Assembly (NCBI GenBank): GCA_964617625.1
Contig: CAZTZL010000001.1
Coordinates: 9,783 to 73,782, forward strand
Source of the DNA: an uncultured bacterium
GTDB taxonomy: Bacteria > Zhuqueibacterota > QNDG01 > DSAB01
Direction of reading: 5' to 3'
Length of the DNA: 64,000 nucleotides
Shown: positions 1-10,113 of the stretch, piece by piece
Layout of the letters: every line of letters starts with the position of its first letter
How positions within the stretch are numbered: position 1 is the stretch's first letter
Program-made: the position numbers and the translations under genes
The notes under the pieces: generated by a model
What the model was told of the DNA's origin: nothing
The model's database searches: none
The model's input: only the letters and a program-made list of their open reading frames with translations

Positions 1-441
1 AAATGTGGCGATGATAACGATAGCAAGCATGAAACCGAAACCCATGCCGAGTCCATCCAGTATTGAGTATATTGACCCATGCTTGCTGGCGAAAGCTTCG
101 GCGCGTCCCAGTATAATGCAATTCACAACGATCAGAGGAATGAAAAGTCCTAGAGATTTGTGCAGCGCAGGAAAAAATCCCGCCATCACAAGATCCACAA
201 TTGTCACAAATGTGGCAATAATCATGATAAAAATTGGAATTCTGATTTTTGGGTGAACCCATCGGTTGATCAAAGAGATGATGAAGTTTGAGCAAACCAG
301 AACAAAAATAACGGAAGCTCCCATACCGACGGCATTGTTTACTGAAGATGAAGTTGCCAGCGTAGGACAAAGTCCCAGCATTAGACGAAATACTGGATTT
401 TCCTTGTATACACCTTTGATGAATTCTTTTCCGGCGGACAT
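1..441 (-). CDS. rnfE: Rnf electron-transport complex subunit E (partial; the 3' end runs off the window start)
   Basis: The minus-strand translation from the ATG at 441 reads MSAGKEFIKGVYKENPVFRLMLGLCPTLATSSSVNNAVGMG..., a classic RnfE/NqrD N-terminus with its polytopic membrane pattern. It is in frame to position 1, and it is absent from the ORF track because it has no stop in the window. The gene order rnfC-D-G-E matches the canonical operon. Confidence 0.85.
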   Translation of the reverse strand, partial: MSAGKEFIKGVYKENPVFRLMLGLCPTLATSSSVNNAVGMGASVIFVLVCSNFIISLINRWVHPKIRIPIFIMIIATFVTIVDLVMAGFFPALHKSLGLFIPLIVVNCIILGRAEAFASKHGSIYSILDGLGMGFGFMLAIVIIATF

Positions 442-458
442 TTTTTCCTCATTCGTTT

Positions 459-1061
459 CTATTTGTCTATGTCGTTTGAACCGGGCTGTTCAAATAAACG
501 GTTCACGGACTCAGCAATGGAATTGGTAATTGCCCGGGATGTGATCGTCGCTCCTGTAATAGATACAATCTCCCCCTTGTCTTTATCTACTGCGATTCCT
601 TTTGCAGTTTTTCCTGTAAATTGTGCTTGCCACCACGGTTTGGTTTCACCAGACCGAACTTCCTCGCAAATACTTCCCAATCCGGGAGTTTCCTGTTGTG
701 ACAGAATTTTTATTGCATAAATGGTGCAGGATGTGTCCATTCCAACAAGTGTTCTGATCGTACTAGAATAACCCCTGCCTTCCGCAAGAAATGCATATCC
801 GATGAGTCGGGTTTGTTCTTTGTCACGATATCCGAGATAATATAAAATATGATCATTTTCCTTAACGGGAACAATAGACCCATCGATACAATCGGGCAGA
901 ACTGAAGAAAGCGCTTCTGTGAGTTCATTTTTCTGCTGCTCGACGATTTTAGGTTTTGTGATTTTATTCACCCAGGCAAGAGATCCGGCTGTAATTAAAG
1001 CCACGAGCGTCAATGTTGCCGCAAATTGGGCGATGTCTTTCATGATTTTATCTTCCTCCAA
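459..1061 (-). CDS. rnfG: Rnf complex subunit G (FMN-binding, NqrC family)
   Basis: 200 aa with an N-terminal TM anchor and the FMN_bind signature ...SITGATITSRAITNS.... It overlaps rnfD by 14 nt, consistent with translational coupling. Confidence 0.85.
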   Translation of the reverse strand: MEEDKIMKDIAQFAATLTLVALITAGSLAWVNKITKPKIVEQQKNELTEALSSVLPDCIDGSIVPVKENDHILYYLGYRDKEQTRLIGYAFLAEGRGYSSTIRTLVGMDTSCTIYAIKILSQQETPGLGSICEEVRSGETKPWWQAQFTGKTAKGIAVDKDKGEIVSITGATITSRAITNSIAESVNRLFEQPGSNDIDK

Positions 1062-2094
1062 AGATTCTGGATCTTGTATATTTATCGATAAGAGGAGTTG
1101 TCAAATTCATCAATAATATTGCATAACTCACGCCTTCGGGATAGCCTCCCCAGAGGCGGATAATTACTGTAATAATTCCACAGCCGATACCAAAAATAAA
1201 CCGGCCTTTAAATGTTACCGGCGAAGTAACCATATCAGTAGCCATGTAAAAGGCGCCCAAGATCAGACCGCCTGAAAGAATATGAAAAAGAAAATTCCCT
1301 GTGGTCAGGCCTTCTGTTCCTCCAAAAAACCATGTGAGCAGCGCGACTGTTGCTATATAAGAAAAAGGAATTTTCCATCCGATGATTCTTTTATACATTA
1401 AAAAGACAGCGCCGATCAGAAGAAGAAAGGCCGATGTTTCGCCGAGGCACCCGCCGATTCTTCCAAAAAAAAGGTCTGCTTGGGCATTATACAACTGAGA
1501 AATTGTATCCTGGGCCTGAATGACTTGATCGGTTGAATAAGCTGTGCTGTGAGAAATAATTTCGCGGGCATGACGAAAAACAGCCAGTGGTGTGGCGGAA
1601 GTGATGATATCAATTCCAGAGATCGTGCCGTTTTTAGGAACGGCATGAAACACGGTCATGTATGTCGGCCAGGAGGCCATAAGAAAAGCGCGGCCGATCA
1701 GAGCGGGATTCATCGGATTATATCCCAGGCCGCCGAAAAGCTGTTTGCCCACAAGAACACCAAAAAATGCGCCTATCGCTGGCAGCCACAACGGAATATC
1801 AGAAGGAAGGTTGTACGCAAGGAGGATGCCCGTGAGCCAGGCGCTTCCATCCGAAATAGTCACGGGCCGTTTCATGATCAACTGACAAAGCAGTTCGGTC
1901 AAAATGGATGCCGCCGAAGCAATTAAAATAATCCACAATGCCTGAATTCCAAAGAAATAAACAGCACCCATGCCTGCGGGGACAAGCGCTGCAATTACGG
2001 AATACATAATTTTGGGTATTGAGTCCCGGTCTTTAATATGGGGTGAAGAAGAGAGGTAAAATTTATCTATCATTCGGTATGCTCCTTCGTTCAT
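1048..2094 (-). CDS. rnfD: Rnf complex subunit D (NqrB family membrane subunit)
   Basis: A 348-aa polytopic membrane protein that sits between rnfC and rnfG. It carries the RnfD/NqrB-like Gly-rich conserved segments. It overlaps rnfC by 4 nt. Confidence 0.85.
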   Translation of the reverse strand: MNEGAYRMIDKFYLSSSPHIKDRDSIPKIMYSVIAALVPAGMGAVYFFGIQALWIILIASAASILTELLCQLIMKRPVTISDGSAWLTGILLAYNLPSDIPLWLPAIGAFFGVLVGKQLFGGLGYNPMNPALIGRAFLMASWPTYMTVFHAVPKNGTISGIDIITSATPLAVFRHAREIISHSTAYSTDQVIQAQDTISQLYNAQADLFFGRIGGCLGETSAFLLLIGAVFLMYKRIIGWKIPFSYIATVALLTWFFGGTEGLTTGNFLFHILSGGLILGAFYMATDMVTSPVTFKGRFIFGIGCGIITVIIRLWGGYPEGVSYAILLMNLTTPLIDKYTRSRIFGGR

Positions 2095-3428
2095 GCCGAT
2101 TGTTCAGATATTTTTTGTTTTTCATGTAAGATGGCTTTTCCCAATTTGATATAGTGAACAAGCTGAATATTCGCAGGGCAGACAAATCCGCAGGTCCCGC
2201 ATTCAATGCAATCGTATAATCCAATACGGGCTGCCTGGTCGTATTTTTCATGTTTGACAAGCGATGCCAGTTCAGTGGGCACCAGATGCATTGGACAGGT
2301 ATCAATGCACCGGGCGCAGCGGATACACGGGTGTTCATCGCGATGAAAGGCAGTTTTTGAATCCAGAACCAGTATTCCGGAAGTGCCTTTGATAACAGGG
2401 ACGTCATCGCTGTATTGGGCAATTCCCATCATAGGTCCGCCATTGATCAACTTTACAGCTGAATTACTATACCCGCCGCAGTATTCGATAAGAGATTTAA
2501 AAGGTGTTCCAATACGGACCCTGAGATTCCTTGGCTCTTTAACGCCAGGTCCGGCTACTGTAATCACTCTTTCGATTAATGGTTTGTTTGATGAAACTGC
2601 CTCGTAAATTGCAAAAGCGGTACCCACATTCTGCACAAGGCACCCCACATCCATGGGTAGACCGCCTGAAGGAATTTCCCGTCCTGTAGCAGCGCGAATG
2701 AGCTGTTTTTCCGCTCCCTGAGGATATTTAACTTTCAAAGGCAGTACCGATATTTTTTTTCTGGATTTGATCTTTTTCTGGAACAGGCGAATTGCATCGA
2801 GTTTGTTTTTCTCGATTCCGATAATGGCTCGTTTTGCATTTAAAATCTTCATTAAAATTCGCAGTCCGTTAAGTATTTCATCCGGATTTTCCAACATGAG
2901 ACGATGATCCGCAGTCAAATAGGGTTCGCATTCCACGCCGTTGAGAATTAAAATTTCAATGGGTTTTTCCGGAGGGGGGGATAGTTTGACATGAGTCGGA
3001 AAGGCGGCTCCGCCCATGCCTGCAATACCTGCTTTTTGAATACGGTTTTTCATTTTATCGACGGGAAGATCAAGATAATCGGGATTTTGTTTGATCGTGT
3101 TCATCCAGGAGTCATTGCCGTTGCCTTCAATAATCACAGAGAGCATGTCTGTTCCAAGCGGATGGGGATGTTTGTCAATTGCAGTTACGGTGCCGGAAAT
3201 AGTCGCATGAACAGGAACGGATACGAATTTGGTCGCTTTTGCGACTATCTGTCCCGTCTGGACTGTATCTCCTTTTTCAACTAAAATTTCTGCCGGGCTT
3301 CCAATGTGTTGTTGAAGGGGAATAATTACTTTTTCGGGAACAGGAAAATTGTCAATGGCCTTTCCTTCTGTATGATGTTTGTTTTCCGGAGGATGCGCTC
3401 CTCCTTTAAAAGTTTTATTGACTGCCAT
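2091..3428 (-). CDS. rnfC: Rnf complex subunit C (NADH-binding, 2x[4Fe-4S])
   Basis: 445 aa with two ferredoxin-type CxxCxxCxxxCP motifs (CIRCARCIDTCP and CIECGTCGFVCP) and a Gly-rich nucleotide-binding region (GIAGMGGAAFPTHVKL). Confidence 0.9.
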   Translation of the reverse strand: MAVNKTFKGGAHPPENKHHTEGKAIDNFPVPEKVIIPLQQHIGSPAEILVEKGDTVQTGQIVAKATKFVSVPVHATISGTVTAIDKHPHPLGTDMLSVIIEGNGNDSWMNTIKQNPDYLDLPVDKMKNRIQKAGIAGMGGAAFPTHVKLSPPPEKPIEILILNGVECEPYLTADHRLMLENPDEILNGLRILMKILNAKRAIIGIEKNKLDAIRLFQKKIKSRKKISVLPLKVKYPQGAEKQLIRAATGREIPSGGLPMDVGCLVQNVGTAFAIYEAVSSNKPLIERVITVAGPGVKEPRNLRVRIGTPFKSLIEYCGGYSNSAVKLINGGPMMGIAQYSDDVPVIKGTSGILVLDSKTAFHRDEHPCIRCARCIDTCPMHLVPTELASLVKHEKYDQAARIGLYDCIECGTCGFVCPANIQLVHYIKLGKAILHEKQKISEQSA

Positions 3429-3471
3429 TTATTCTCCGTTGAAAATCCAATCGTTTAAAGGGTATCCATTG

Positions 3472-3924
3472 TCATTTCTTTTTCAGCTGTTTGAGCTCTT
3501 TCAGAAATTCTTCTTTGTCTTCAAATTTACGATAGACTGAAGCAAATCGGACGTATGCAACTTCATCCAGTTTCTTTAAATATTTGGATACAAGTTCTCC
3601 GATTTTTCTGCATTCGATCTCTTTAACAAAATCGGCTTCGATGTCCGATTCGATTTTTTCAACAAGCGATTCGATTTGATCTATTGAAACCGGGCGTTTG
3701 ATGCAGGCGATTTGAATGCCCCGCATTATTTTGTCCCGATCATAAGGTTCTCTTCGTCCGTCTGATTTGATGACAGAAATTGATTTGTTCTCTATTTGTT
3801 CAACAGTAATAAACCGTTTGCTGCAGTTTAAACACTGCCGTCGTCTGCGAATCACTTTATTGTTATTCCGGGATCGGGTGTCGATCACTTTATCGTCACT
3901 TTGACCGCAGAAAGGACATCTCAA
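3472..3924 (-). CDS. nrdR: Transcriptional repressor NrdR
   Basis: An N-terminal Zn-ribbon ([38 protein letters not shown]) is followed by an ATP-cone. 150 aa. Confidence 0.9.
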   Translation of the reverse strand: MRCPFCGQSDDKVIDTRSRNNNKVIRRRRQCLNCSKRFITVEQIENKSISVIKSDGRREPYDRDKIMRGIQIACIKRPVSIDQIESLVEKIESDIEADFVKEIECRKIGELVSKYLKKLDEVAYVRFASVYRKFEDKEEFLKELKQLKKK

Positions 3925-4391
3925 TTGGATCCGTCCTTATTCAATTTTGACTGGATCATTTCCAGCCCGGCTTCCCCGCTCAGTGTTTTGGCCAGATCAT
4001 CCGGGTAGCCTTCGAGGTAAAATATTTTACGAATCCCAGAATTGATAATCATTTTAATGCAAAGTGAACAAGGGAAGTGTGTGGAATAAAGAATACTGTT
4101 ATCAATATTGGTTCCGGATGTGGCCGCTTGAATAATGGCGTTTTGTTCGGCATGGATTCCCCTGCAAAGCTCGTGGCGCTCACCGTGCGGAATATTCAGC
4201 TTTTCCCGCAAACAGCCAATATCCAAACAATGAGCAAGCCCCTGTGGAGCGCCGTTGTATCCTGTTGCGAGAATGCGTTTGTCCTTGACAATGACCGCGC
4301 CTACCTTTCGTCTCAGACAGGTGGAGCGTGTCGAGACGAGATTGGCAATTTCCAAAAAGTAATCATCCCACGAAGGACGTGAGTGTTTCAT
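3921..4391 (-). CDS. dCMP/cytidine deaminase family protein (ComEB-like)
   Basis: The zinc-binding motifs HAEQNAI and PCSLC identify a CMP/dCMP deaminase fold. 156 aa. It overlaps nrdR by 4 nt. Confidence 0.8.
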   Translation of the reverse strand: MKHSRPSWDDYFLEIANLVSTRSTCLRRKVGAVIVKDKRILATGYNGAPQGLAHCLDIGCLREKLNIPHGERHELCRGIHAEQNAIIQAATSGTNIDNSILYSTHFPCSLCIKMIINSGIRKIFYLEGYPDDLAKTLSGEAGLEMIQSKLNKDGSN

Positions 4392-4429
4392 TGAGGTGTC
4401 CGGTTCACTCTATATTTAAAATCAATTGT

Positions 4430-5731
4430 TTATCGAAGTTCCTTGTAAATCGGGAAATGTTCACACAATTCAATCACTTCGGTTTTTATGTTCGAGATCG
4501 CATCTTCATTTTCAATATCGGATAATGTGCGATGGATCAATTCCGCAATCAGGGACATTTCGTTTTCCTTCATTCCTCTTGTGGTCATGGCAGGCGTTCC
4601 GATTCTGATGCCGCTTGTAATGAAAGGACTTTTTTTGTCGAAGGGCACCATGTTTTTATTGACGGTAATTCCTGCAAGTTCAAGTGCTTTTTCAGCAGCT
4701 TTACCAGAAATTCCCCTGGACGAGAGATCCAGAAGTATTAAATGATTGTCTGTGCCGCCGGACACAAGATGATATCCGTACGAGGCAAGCCTTTCTGCCA
4801 AAACTTTGGCATTTTTTATGATTTGCTCACAATAGGATTTGTATGAGGGATTCAAATTTTCGAGAAATCCGACTGCTTTTGCAGCGATAACATGCATCAG
4901 CGGTCCGCCCTGCATGCCAGGCATGACTTTGCTGTCAATGACTTCCGACAGCATTTTTGTCCTTCCGGTTTTCGGCGCCTGAATTCCCATCGGGTTTTCC
5001 CGGTCTTTTCCCACAAGAATCATTCCTCCCCGGGGGCCGCGAAGCGTCTTATGCGTCGTGGTTGTTACAATATCGCAGTAGGGGAGCGGGTCCGGATGAA
5101 GTCCGACAGCTACAAGCCCCGCAGGATGAGCAATATCAGCCATGAGATACGCCCCGGTTTTATCGGCGATTTCTCTGAATTTTTCAAAATCGATAAAACG
5201 AGGGTAGGCACTGGCTCCGGTAACAATGAGTTTGGGTTTGTGCTGTTGTGCCATCCGATACGCCTGATCGTAATCGATTGTGCCGGTTTCCTGTTTTACT
5301 CCATAAGAGACAAAATTATACAGCTGGCCGGAAAAATTCACCGGACTGCCGTGGGTCAAATGTCCGCCGTGAGCCAGATCCATACCGAGCACTGTATCTC
5401 CTGGTTCAATAAAAGTCATATAGGCGGCCATATTTGCCTGGGAACCGGCATGCGGCTGAACATTGGCATAGTCACATTTGAAAAGCTGTTTTGCCCTTTC
5501 CCTTGCCAGGTTTTCCGCCTGATCGACAAATTCACAACCACCGTAATATCTATGTTCAGGGTAACCTTCCGCGTATTTATTGGTCATAACACTTCCAAGG
5601 GCCTCAAGAACCGCCATGCTCACAAAATTTTCAGAGGCAATCAGCTCAATCTTGTCGTTTTGACGAGCAATTTCGGATTGAATCGATTGATATATCTCCG
5701 GATCCATTTTTTTTAAATTCTCCACAACCAT
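4430..5731 (-). CDS. glyA: Serine hydroxymethyltransferase
   Basis: 433 aa with an SHMT N-terminus ([30 protein letters not shown]) and the PLP-lysine region [14 protein letters not shown]. Confidence 0.95.
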   Translation of the reverse strand: MVVENLKKMDPEIYQSIQSEIARQNDKIELIASENFVSMAVLEALGSVMTNKYAEGYPEHRYYGGCEFVDQAENLARERAKQLFKCDYANVQPHAGSQANMAAYMTFIEPGDTVLGMDLAHGGHLTHGSPVNFSGQLYNFVSYGVKQETGTIDYDQAYRMAQQHKPKLIVTGASAYPRFIDFEKFREIADKTGAYLMADIAHPAGLVAVGLHPDPLPYCDIVTTTTHKTLRGPRGGMILVGKDRENPMGIQAPKTGRTKMLSEVIDSKVMPGMQGGPLMHVIAAKAVGFLENLNPSYKSYCEQIIKNAKVLAERLASYGYHLVSGGTDNHLILLDLSSRGISGKAAEKALELAGITVNKNMVPFDKKSPFITSGIRIGTPAMTTRGMKENEMSLIAELIHRTLSDIENEDAISNIKTEVIELCEHFPIYKELR

Positions 5732-5825
5732 TCCTCATGTTATAAGGGTTACTAATATAATGTGCCAAATGGGATATACGTCCCATTTGGCCTGGAATTC
5801 TGGAATTCTATTTTAAAATATAAGA

Positions 5826-6269
5826 CTAAACACCGGTCAAGTCGTGTATCTTTTTGACCCTTCTCTCGTGTCGTCCGCCTTTTTCGAATGGAGTTTCGAG
5901 AAAGTTTTTTACAATTTCATCAATGTGTTGTTGATCGGTTTCGAGACTTCCCAACGCGAGAATGTTGGCATCGTTATGAACTCTTGCGAGTTTGGCGATC
6001 TCCGGCGAAATACAAAGAGCTGCACGAATATGTGGAACTTTGTTTGCAACCAGCGACATACCTATTCCCGTATAGCAGATCAGGATGCCCCGTTCCGATT
6101 TTCCTTCTGAAACGTTTTTTGCAACCTGAATCGCAATATCCGGGTAATCTACCGATTCTGTTGAATAGGTGCCGAAATCCTTATATTCGATATGAGATTG
6201 ATCGAGATATTTTTTTATTCGTTCTTTTAATTGATAACCTGCATGATCAGAGCCGATTGCAACGCTCAT
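5826..6269 (-). CDS. rpiB: Ribose-5-phosphate isomerase B
   Basis: 147 aa that begins MSVAIGSDHAGYQLKE... and contains ...CYTGIGMSLVANK..., which is RpiB/LacAB-like. Confidence 0.85.
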   Translation of the reverse strand: MSVAIGSDHAGYQLKERIKKYLDQSHIEYKDFGTYSTESVDYPDIAIQVAKNVSEGKSERGILICYTGIGMSLVANKVPHIRAALCISPEIAKLARVHNDANILALGSLETDQQHIDEIVKNFLETPFEKGGRHERRVKKIHDLTGV

Positions 6270-6284
6270 TTTTTATTTTCCTCA

Positions 6285-7571
6285 CTACTGAATCCAGTTA
6301 TAACATTCACCACGTGGTTTGGTCTGGTTTTTATGCATGAAATAATCTTCTCTTTTAGGTATGCTTAATTCCACATATTCGATCCGTTTGTTGGCATCAA
6401 ATTTCCATTGCATATCTTTTTTAGCTTTTTGATATTCGTCGTAAGCCATTTTATAAACGAGTTTGTCGTCAAAAGAAATTTTGCCGTCTCTCTTTGCAAC
6501 GCATTTATCCGCAGCATTTTCGTATATCATACCCTTGGTTAAATAGGCAAGACCGTAACCGGGATCGATAGACAGTGCTTTTTGAACCTGAGTTAGTGCG
6601 GTTGTATACTGTTCGGCACCAGAATAGCTCATGGCCAGATTGCATAGATTTTTTTTATCGTTTATCTGGATCCCTAAAATCTTTTTGTAGGTTGAAATAG
6701 CATTGCTGTATTGTTTTAGATTCTGATAGGCATCACCAATAAGTTCAAGAGCAGGAATATTTTCAGGTTCTTTTGAGATGACAAATTGCAGTTGTTCGAC
6801 AGCTTTTGTATATTCACCGATCTGTGTGTATGCTTTTGCCAGTTCGATTCGCTTGTTTGTATTGTCTGATATCTGTTCGACAACTTTTTCCAGCGTAGCG
6901 ATCAATTCGGTGATGTCCCCCCGTTGCTTATAAAGGTCACTCAATATTTGCTGAGTTTCCTGATCTTTCGGGTTCAATTCGGAAGCTTTGTTGTACGAAT
7001 CAACGGCGCTTTCAATGTCCTGGTTCAGTCTGTAAAGCTCACCCCGTATTTTATAACTGGAAGCTGAATCGGGCTGTAATTCGATCAGTGTTTTAGAAAG
7101 TGAGAGTCCTTCATCAAGTCGACCCTGAATTTTATACAGGTGAATCAGAGCTGTATAATAATAGGCGTGATCGGGAGAAAAATCCAAACCCCGGCTGTAA
7201 GCCCATTCGGCACTGTCGGGTTGGTTGAGCATCGCATAACAGGTTCCCAGCCACTGATAGAGATATTTGGCTTTGATTCCGGAAGTATCTATTTCGGATG
7301 CTTTAAGGAAGAAATTTTTGGCTTTTTCCCAGTTTTGCTGCTTGTAACGTTCGTATCCCAGACTCAAATTCAAATTGATTTGATGCTCATGCGCCTGCCG
7401 TAAAGAATCATCAATTGCCTTTTGCTGCTCTATTGTTAGTTGCCGGGGTTGTGTTCCGGCACATCCAATGAGATACATTATAGCAATTGAAATTGAAAAC
7501 AGCAATAATGCATAAACAATAAAAATCCTTGGTTTTAAATTCACTTGTTTTCCTCCTTGAAATCTAAACAA
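6285..7571 (-). CDS. TPR-repeat lipoprotein
   Basis: It has a signal peptide with the lipobox LIGC|AG. Multiple 34-aa TPR units follow (AEWAYSRGLDF..., AYYYTALIHLYKIQGRLDEG... and others). Confidence 0.6.
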   Translation of the reverse strand: MFRFQGGKQVNLKPRIFIVYALLLFSISIAIMYLIGCAGTQPRQLTIEQQKAIDDSLRQAHEHQINLNLSLGYERYKQQNWEKAKNFFLKASEIDTSGIKAKYLYQWLGTCYAMLNQPDSAEWAYSRGLDFSPDHAYYYTALIHLYKIQGRLDEGLSLSKTLIELQPDSASSYKIRGELYRLNQDIESAVDSYNKASELNPKDQETQQILSDLYKQRGDITELIATLEKVVEQISDNTNKRIELAKAYTQIGEYTKAVEQLQFVISKEPENIPALELIGDAYQNLKQYSNAISTYKKILGIQINDKKNLCNLAMSYSGAEQYTTALTQVQKALSIDPGYGLAYLTKGMIYENAADKCVAKRDGKISFDDKLVYKMAYDEYQKAKKDMQWKFDANKRIEYVELSIPKREDYFMHKNQTKPRGECYNWIQ

Positions 7572-7710
7572 TGAAATTTTTGATTAATAAAGTCTTATTT
7601 TAAAGAATCTGATATTCAAAATCAAGAAAAATTTTATAATAGCAACTCGTTTGCACCTTATAAAAACGGGCAGTGCAGACGGTAAGCGAATAACGAAAAT
7701 TCAATTTCGA

Positions 7711-8913
7711 TCAATAGCGTCGAATGAACCATTTCTCACTGCCCGAAACAGAAAGAGTAATTCTGAATAAATTTTCAGAAAGGCCGTTTTTCTTCAGGGA
7801 ACCACGCTGGCCAAATCCCAGTGCAATGTCGATTTGTGAGATATTCAAGAGCAGGGGTAATCCGACACCAAAAGTCAGCCATTTTTCCATTATCGACTGA
7901 TCATCAAAATCATTTACGAAGAATGGTTGATAGCAGATCCCAAAGCGGTAACTCATTCGTTTTAAATATGGATCAAACGCATCTTCCGAGGGGTGAACTT
8001 CTGTACCCAGTGCAACACGATATGTATCCCGGATCTGCTGAACCGTTTGACCATTGATTTCCAGTTGTGACCAACTCTGTTTATTAAAATCCAAACCGAT
8101 CAATCCGATTTGACCAATTCCATATGAAATTCCCACTCCCCAGGAAGAAGGCAATTTGATTGAACCGCGATGTACAAGTGCATTCGTTGTATAATTATAA
8201 TAGGTATCGGTTTTACTGTCCAAGTCGGTTTTGGGCCGATATATTGCGCCCACTTGCAATGCGGATATTGGATGAATCAAAATCCCCGCAGTGAAGCCAT
8301 ATCCATTATTTTTAGTTGAAAGCAAATCGCTTGTCGAGACAAAGTCTGTATTCTCATAGGTGACTTTCCAATCTTCATTTATTTTTCCGAAGATATAATC
8401 ACCGGAAAGACCAAGCGCTATTTTCGGAGTAATCCCAAAAAACATTGAAAATGAAAAGGTGTTCAGTCCTCCATTTCCCTGCACGGATTTTATAAATAAT
8501 TCTTCGGATTGTTCCTGTTGAAAACTGAGATAATAATCGACACGGGTATATGGACTCATTGAAGCCGAGAATCCCAATCCTTTTCCGACGGGCAATACGA
8601 ATGTGAATCCATCAAAGTTGGCATATTGTGAGGTTGCTTTTCCCGATTCATCTTTGTATTTATTCTGTTCATAAAAATACTGGAGGCTCAATGTGGTTTT
8701 ATGAATTTGCTGCAGCCCGGCAGGATTTAACCGGGATACTGCGTATTGAGAGGGAACAGCAATTGCCACACCTCCCATACTCATTGACCTGGCGTTTGGA
8801 AACGCAAAAGGAATACCCACACCATATGATGAAAGTACGCTTCCTCCCATGATTTGAGAAGAGAATAGAAAAAAAATTAATAAAACAAAATAAAATTGAA
8901 GGGTACGTCTCAT
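7711..8913 (-). CDS. Outer-membrane beta-barrel protein, FadL/PorV-like
   Basis: 400 aa with a signal peptide and an N-terminal ...NARSMSMGGVAIAV... motif that is typical of FadL-family hatch regions. Amphipathic beta-strands alternate through the body of the protein. An aromatic-rich C-terminus (WFIRRY) is present. Assignment to PorV versus FadL is uncertain. Confidence 0.5.
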   Translation of the reverse strand: MRRTLQFYFVLLIFFLFSSQIMGGSVLSSYGVGIPFAFPNARSMSMGGVAIAVPSQYAVSRLNPAGLQQIHKTTLSLQYFYEQNKYKDESGKATSQYANFDGFTFVLPVGKGLGFSASMSPYTRVDYYLSFQQEQSEELFIKSVQGNGGLNTFSFSMFFGITPKIALGLSGDYIFGKINEDWKVTYENTDFVSTSDLLSTKNNGYGFTAGILIHPISALQVGAIYRPKTDLDSKTDTYYNYTTNALVHRGSIKLPSSWGVGISYGIGQIGLIGLDFNKQSWSQLEINGQTVQQIRDTYRVALGTEVHPSEDAFDPYLKRMSYRFGICYQPFFVNDFDDQSIMEKWLTFGVGLPLLLNISQIDIALGFGQRGSLKKNGLSENLFRITLSVSGSEKWFIRRY

Positions 8914-8946
8914 GCTGATTTCTCCAAATAATCACGTGCTTTGTGT

Positions 8947-10113
8947 TTAAAGCCGGCTTGATGGCGGCAATGTATAGTAAACTTCCAGATGAGGCTGTAA
9001 AAGGGAATCGGATTCCGTGCTGAAAAATCCCCTCTGATGAAGATTGTACACTTCGTTGCTGCCTTTTAATATAAGGCCATAATTTTCCGATTTTCCGGAT
9101 GTCCAATTCTGCATAATCGAGGTGATATTGAAGGTAGCAGAATCACCGCTCACTGTTCCAAGTGCAGATATTGTTGAATCCAGCTCGACGGATGAAATGG
9201 GCCATATTACACTGTTTTTGATCGGGTAGGTATAGATATAAAAGGATGTGCTGTTGTCCGGGACCGATAGAAGTGTATCCACATGCAAAACAATCAGTGC
9301 TCTGTTTATCGTAGCGTCTTCCTGAATAGATGTTACGTCAAAGTTTAAAAAAGACCGGAGAGCGGAACCATTTGTAACAAAAATGCGGTCGGAACGCTCG
9401 GTTTGCTTGGAAGTAGCAATAAATGCATCTTGTATTGGAGAGATTGTCTCGTGGAACTGGGTAGTGTCCTGTGTGGCGTAAATATCCAGTTTGGGACCAC
9501 CCGACAGCGCCCGGCTGTCAAATCCAACAACAAAATCAGATAAATCATAAGAGATAAGTATTCCGTAATTATTATCTGCAGTAGCAGTATCTATCCAGGA
9601 CTGGACAGTGAGAATTGGAATCCGAAAAGTGATTTTTAAGGAATCCAGATTGGCGGCGATTTCGGCTGCATTGAGTTCAAAGGTTGTAATTTCTTCTCCG
9701 ACCTGATCTTGTTTGAAAGTTTCCCAGGTAGTTTCGTATTCATCCCAGTCATTTTGAATTAGATGAACCGATGCTGTAAACACTCCGGTCGATGGTCCGA
9801 TGATTTCATCTGGTGTCAATGTCACAACGGCGCTGTCCAAAGTACCACTGTCAGGCAGATTTGAAAACCATATCAGCGTTTTTGCTTTAACGTATTCGGT
9901 TTCACCCAGATACAGATAAGAAGAGATACCGCATTCAGTATCATTATGATAAAATGTATCGAGGGGGGAGGCGTAGAATACGGTATCTTTTTCAGCCCCG
10001 CGTGGTTCGATATACTTTGATCCGACCGGATTTTTACTGTTTTTACCACATTCAACAAACGCAATCAACAATCCGAGAATTACAATAAAATTGAAAATAG
10101 ATTTATATTTCAT
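8947..10113 (-). CDS. Secreted protein with two internal paralogous domains (uncharacterised)
   Basis: 388 aa with an N-terminal signal and TM anchor (FNFIVILGLLIAFVEC). It is internally duplicated: (1) ...DNNYGILISYDLSDFVVGFDSRALSGGPKLDIY; (2) ...SENYGLILKGSNEVYNLHQRGFFSTESDSLLQPHLEVYY. No catalytic motif was recognised. Confidence 0.4.
   Translation of the reverse strand: MKYKSIFNFIVILGLLIAFVECGKNSKNPVGSKYIEPRGAEKDTVFYASPLDTFYHNDTECGISSYLYLGETEYVKAKTLIWFSNLPDSGTLDSAVVTLTPDEIIGPSTGVFTASVHLIQNDWDEYETTWETFKQDQVGEEITTFELNAAEIAANLDSLKITFRIPILTVQSWIDTATADNNYGILISYDLSDFVVGFDSRALSGGPKLDIYATQDTTQFHETISPIQDAFIATSKQTERSDRIFVTNGSALRSFLNFDVTSIQEDATINRALIVLHVDTLLSVPDNSTSFYIYTYPIKNSVIWPISSVELDSTISALGTVSGDSATFNITSIMQNWTSGKSENYGLILKGSNEVYNLHQRGFFSTESDSLLQPHLEVYYTLPPSSRL

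Noticed and set aside
5-256. 83-aa plus-strand ORF at the window start.
   Set aside because: It lies antisense to the clearly recognisable rnfE coding sequence (MLGLCPTLATS... on the minus strand), so it is a shadow ORF.
4892-5716. 274-aa plus-strand ORF inside glyA. Similar long antisense ORFs occur at 21690-22358 inside pilC, 48568-49125 inside cheA, 17405-18046 inside the giant gene, 52088-52813 inside the hybrid kinase and 63168-63884 inside ftsH.
   Set aside because: Each one fully overlaps a confidently identified conserved gene on the opposite strand. All have low-complexity or odd composition and no recognisable motifs, so they are spurious shadow ORFs.
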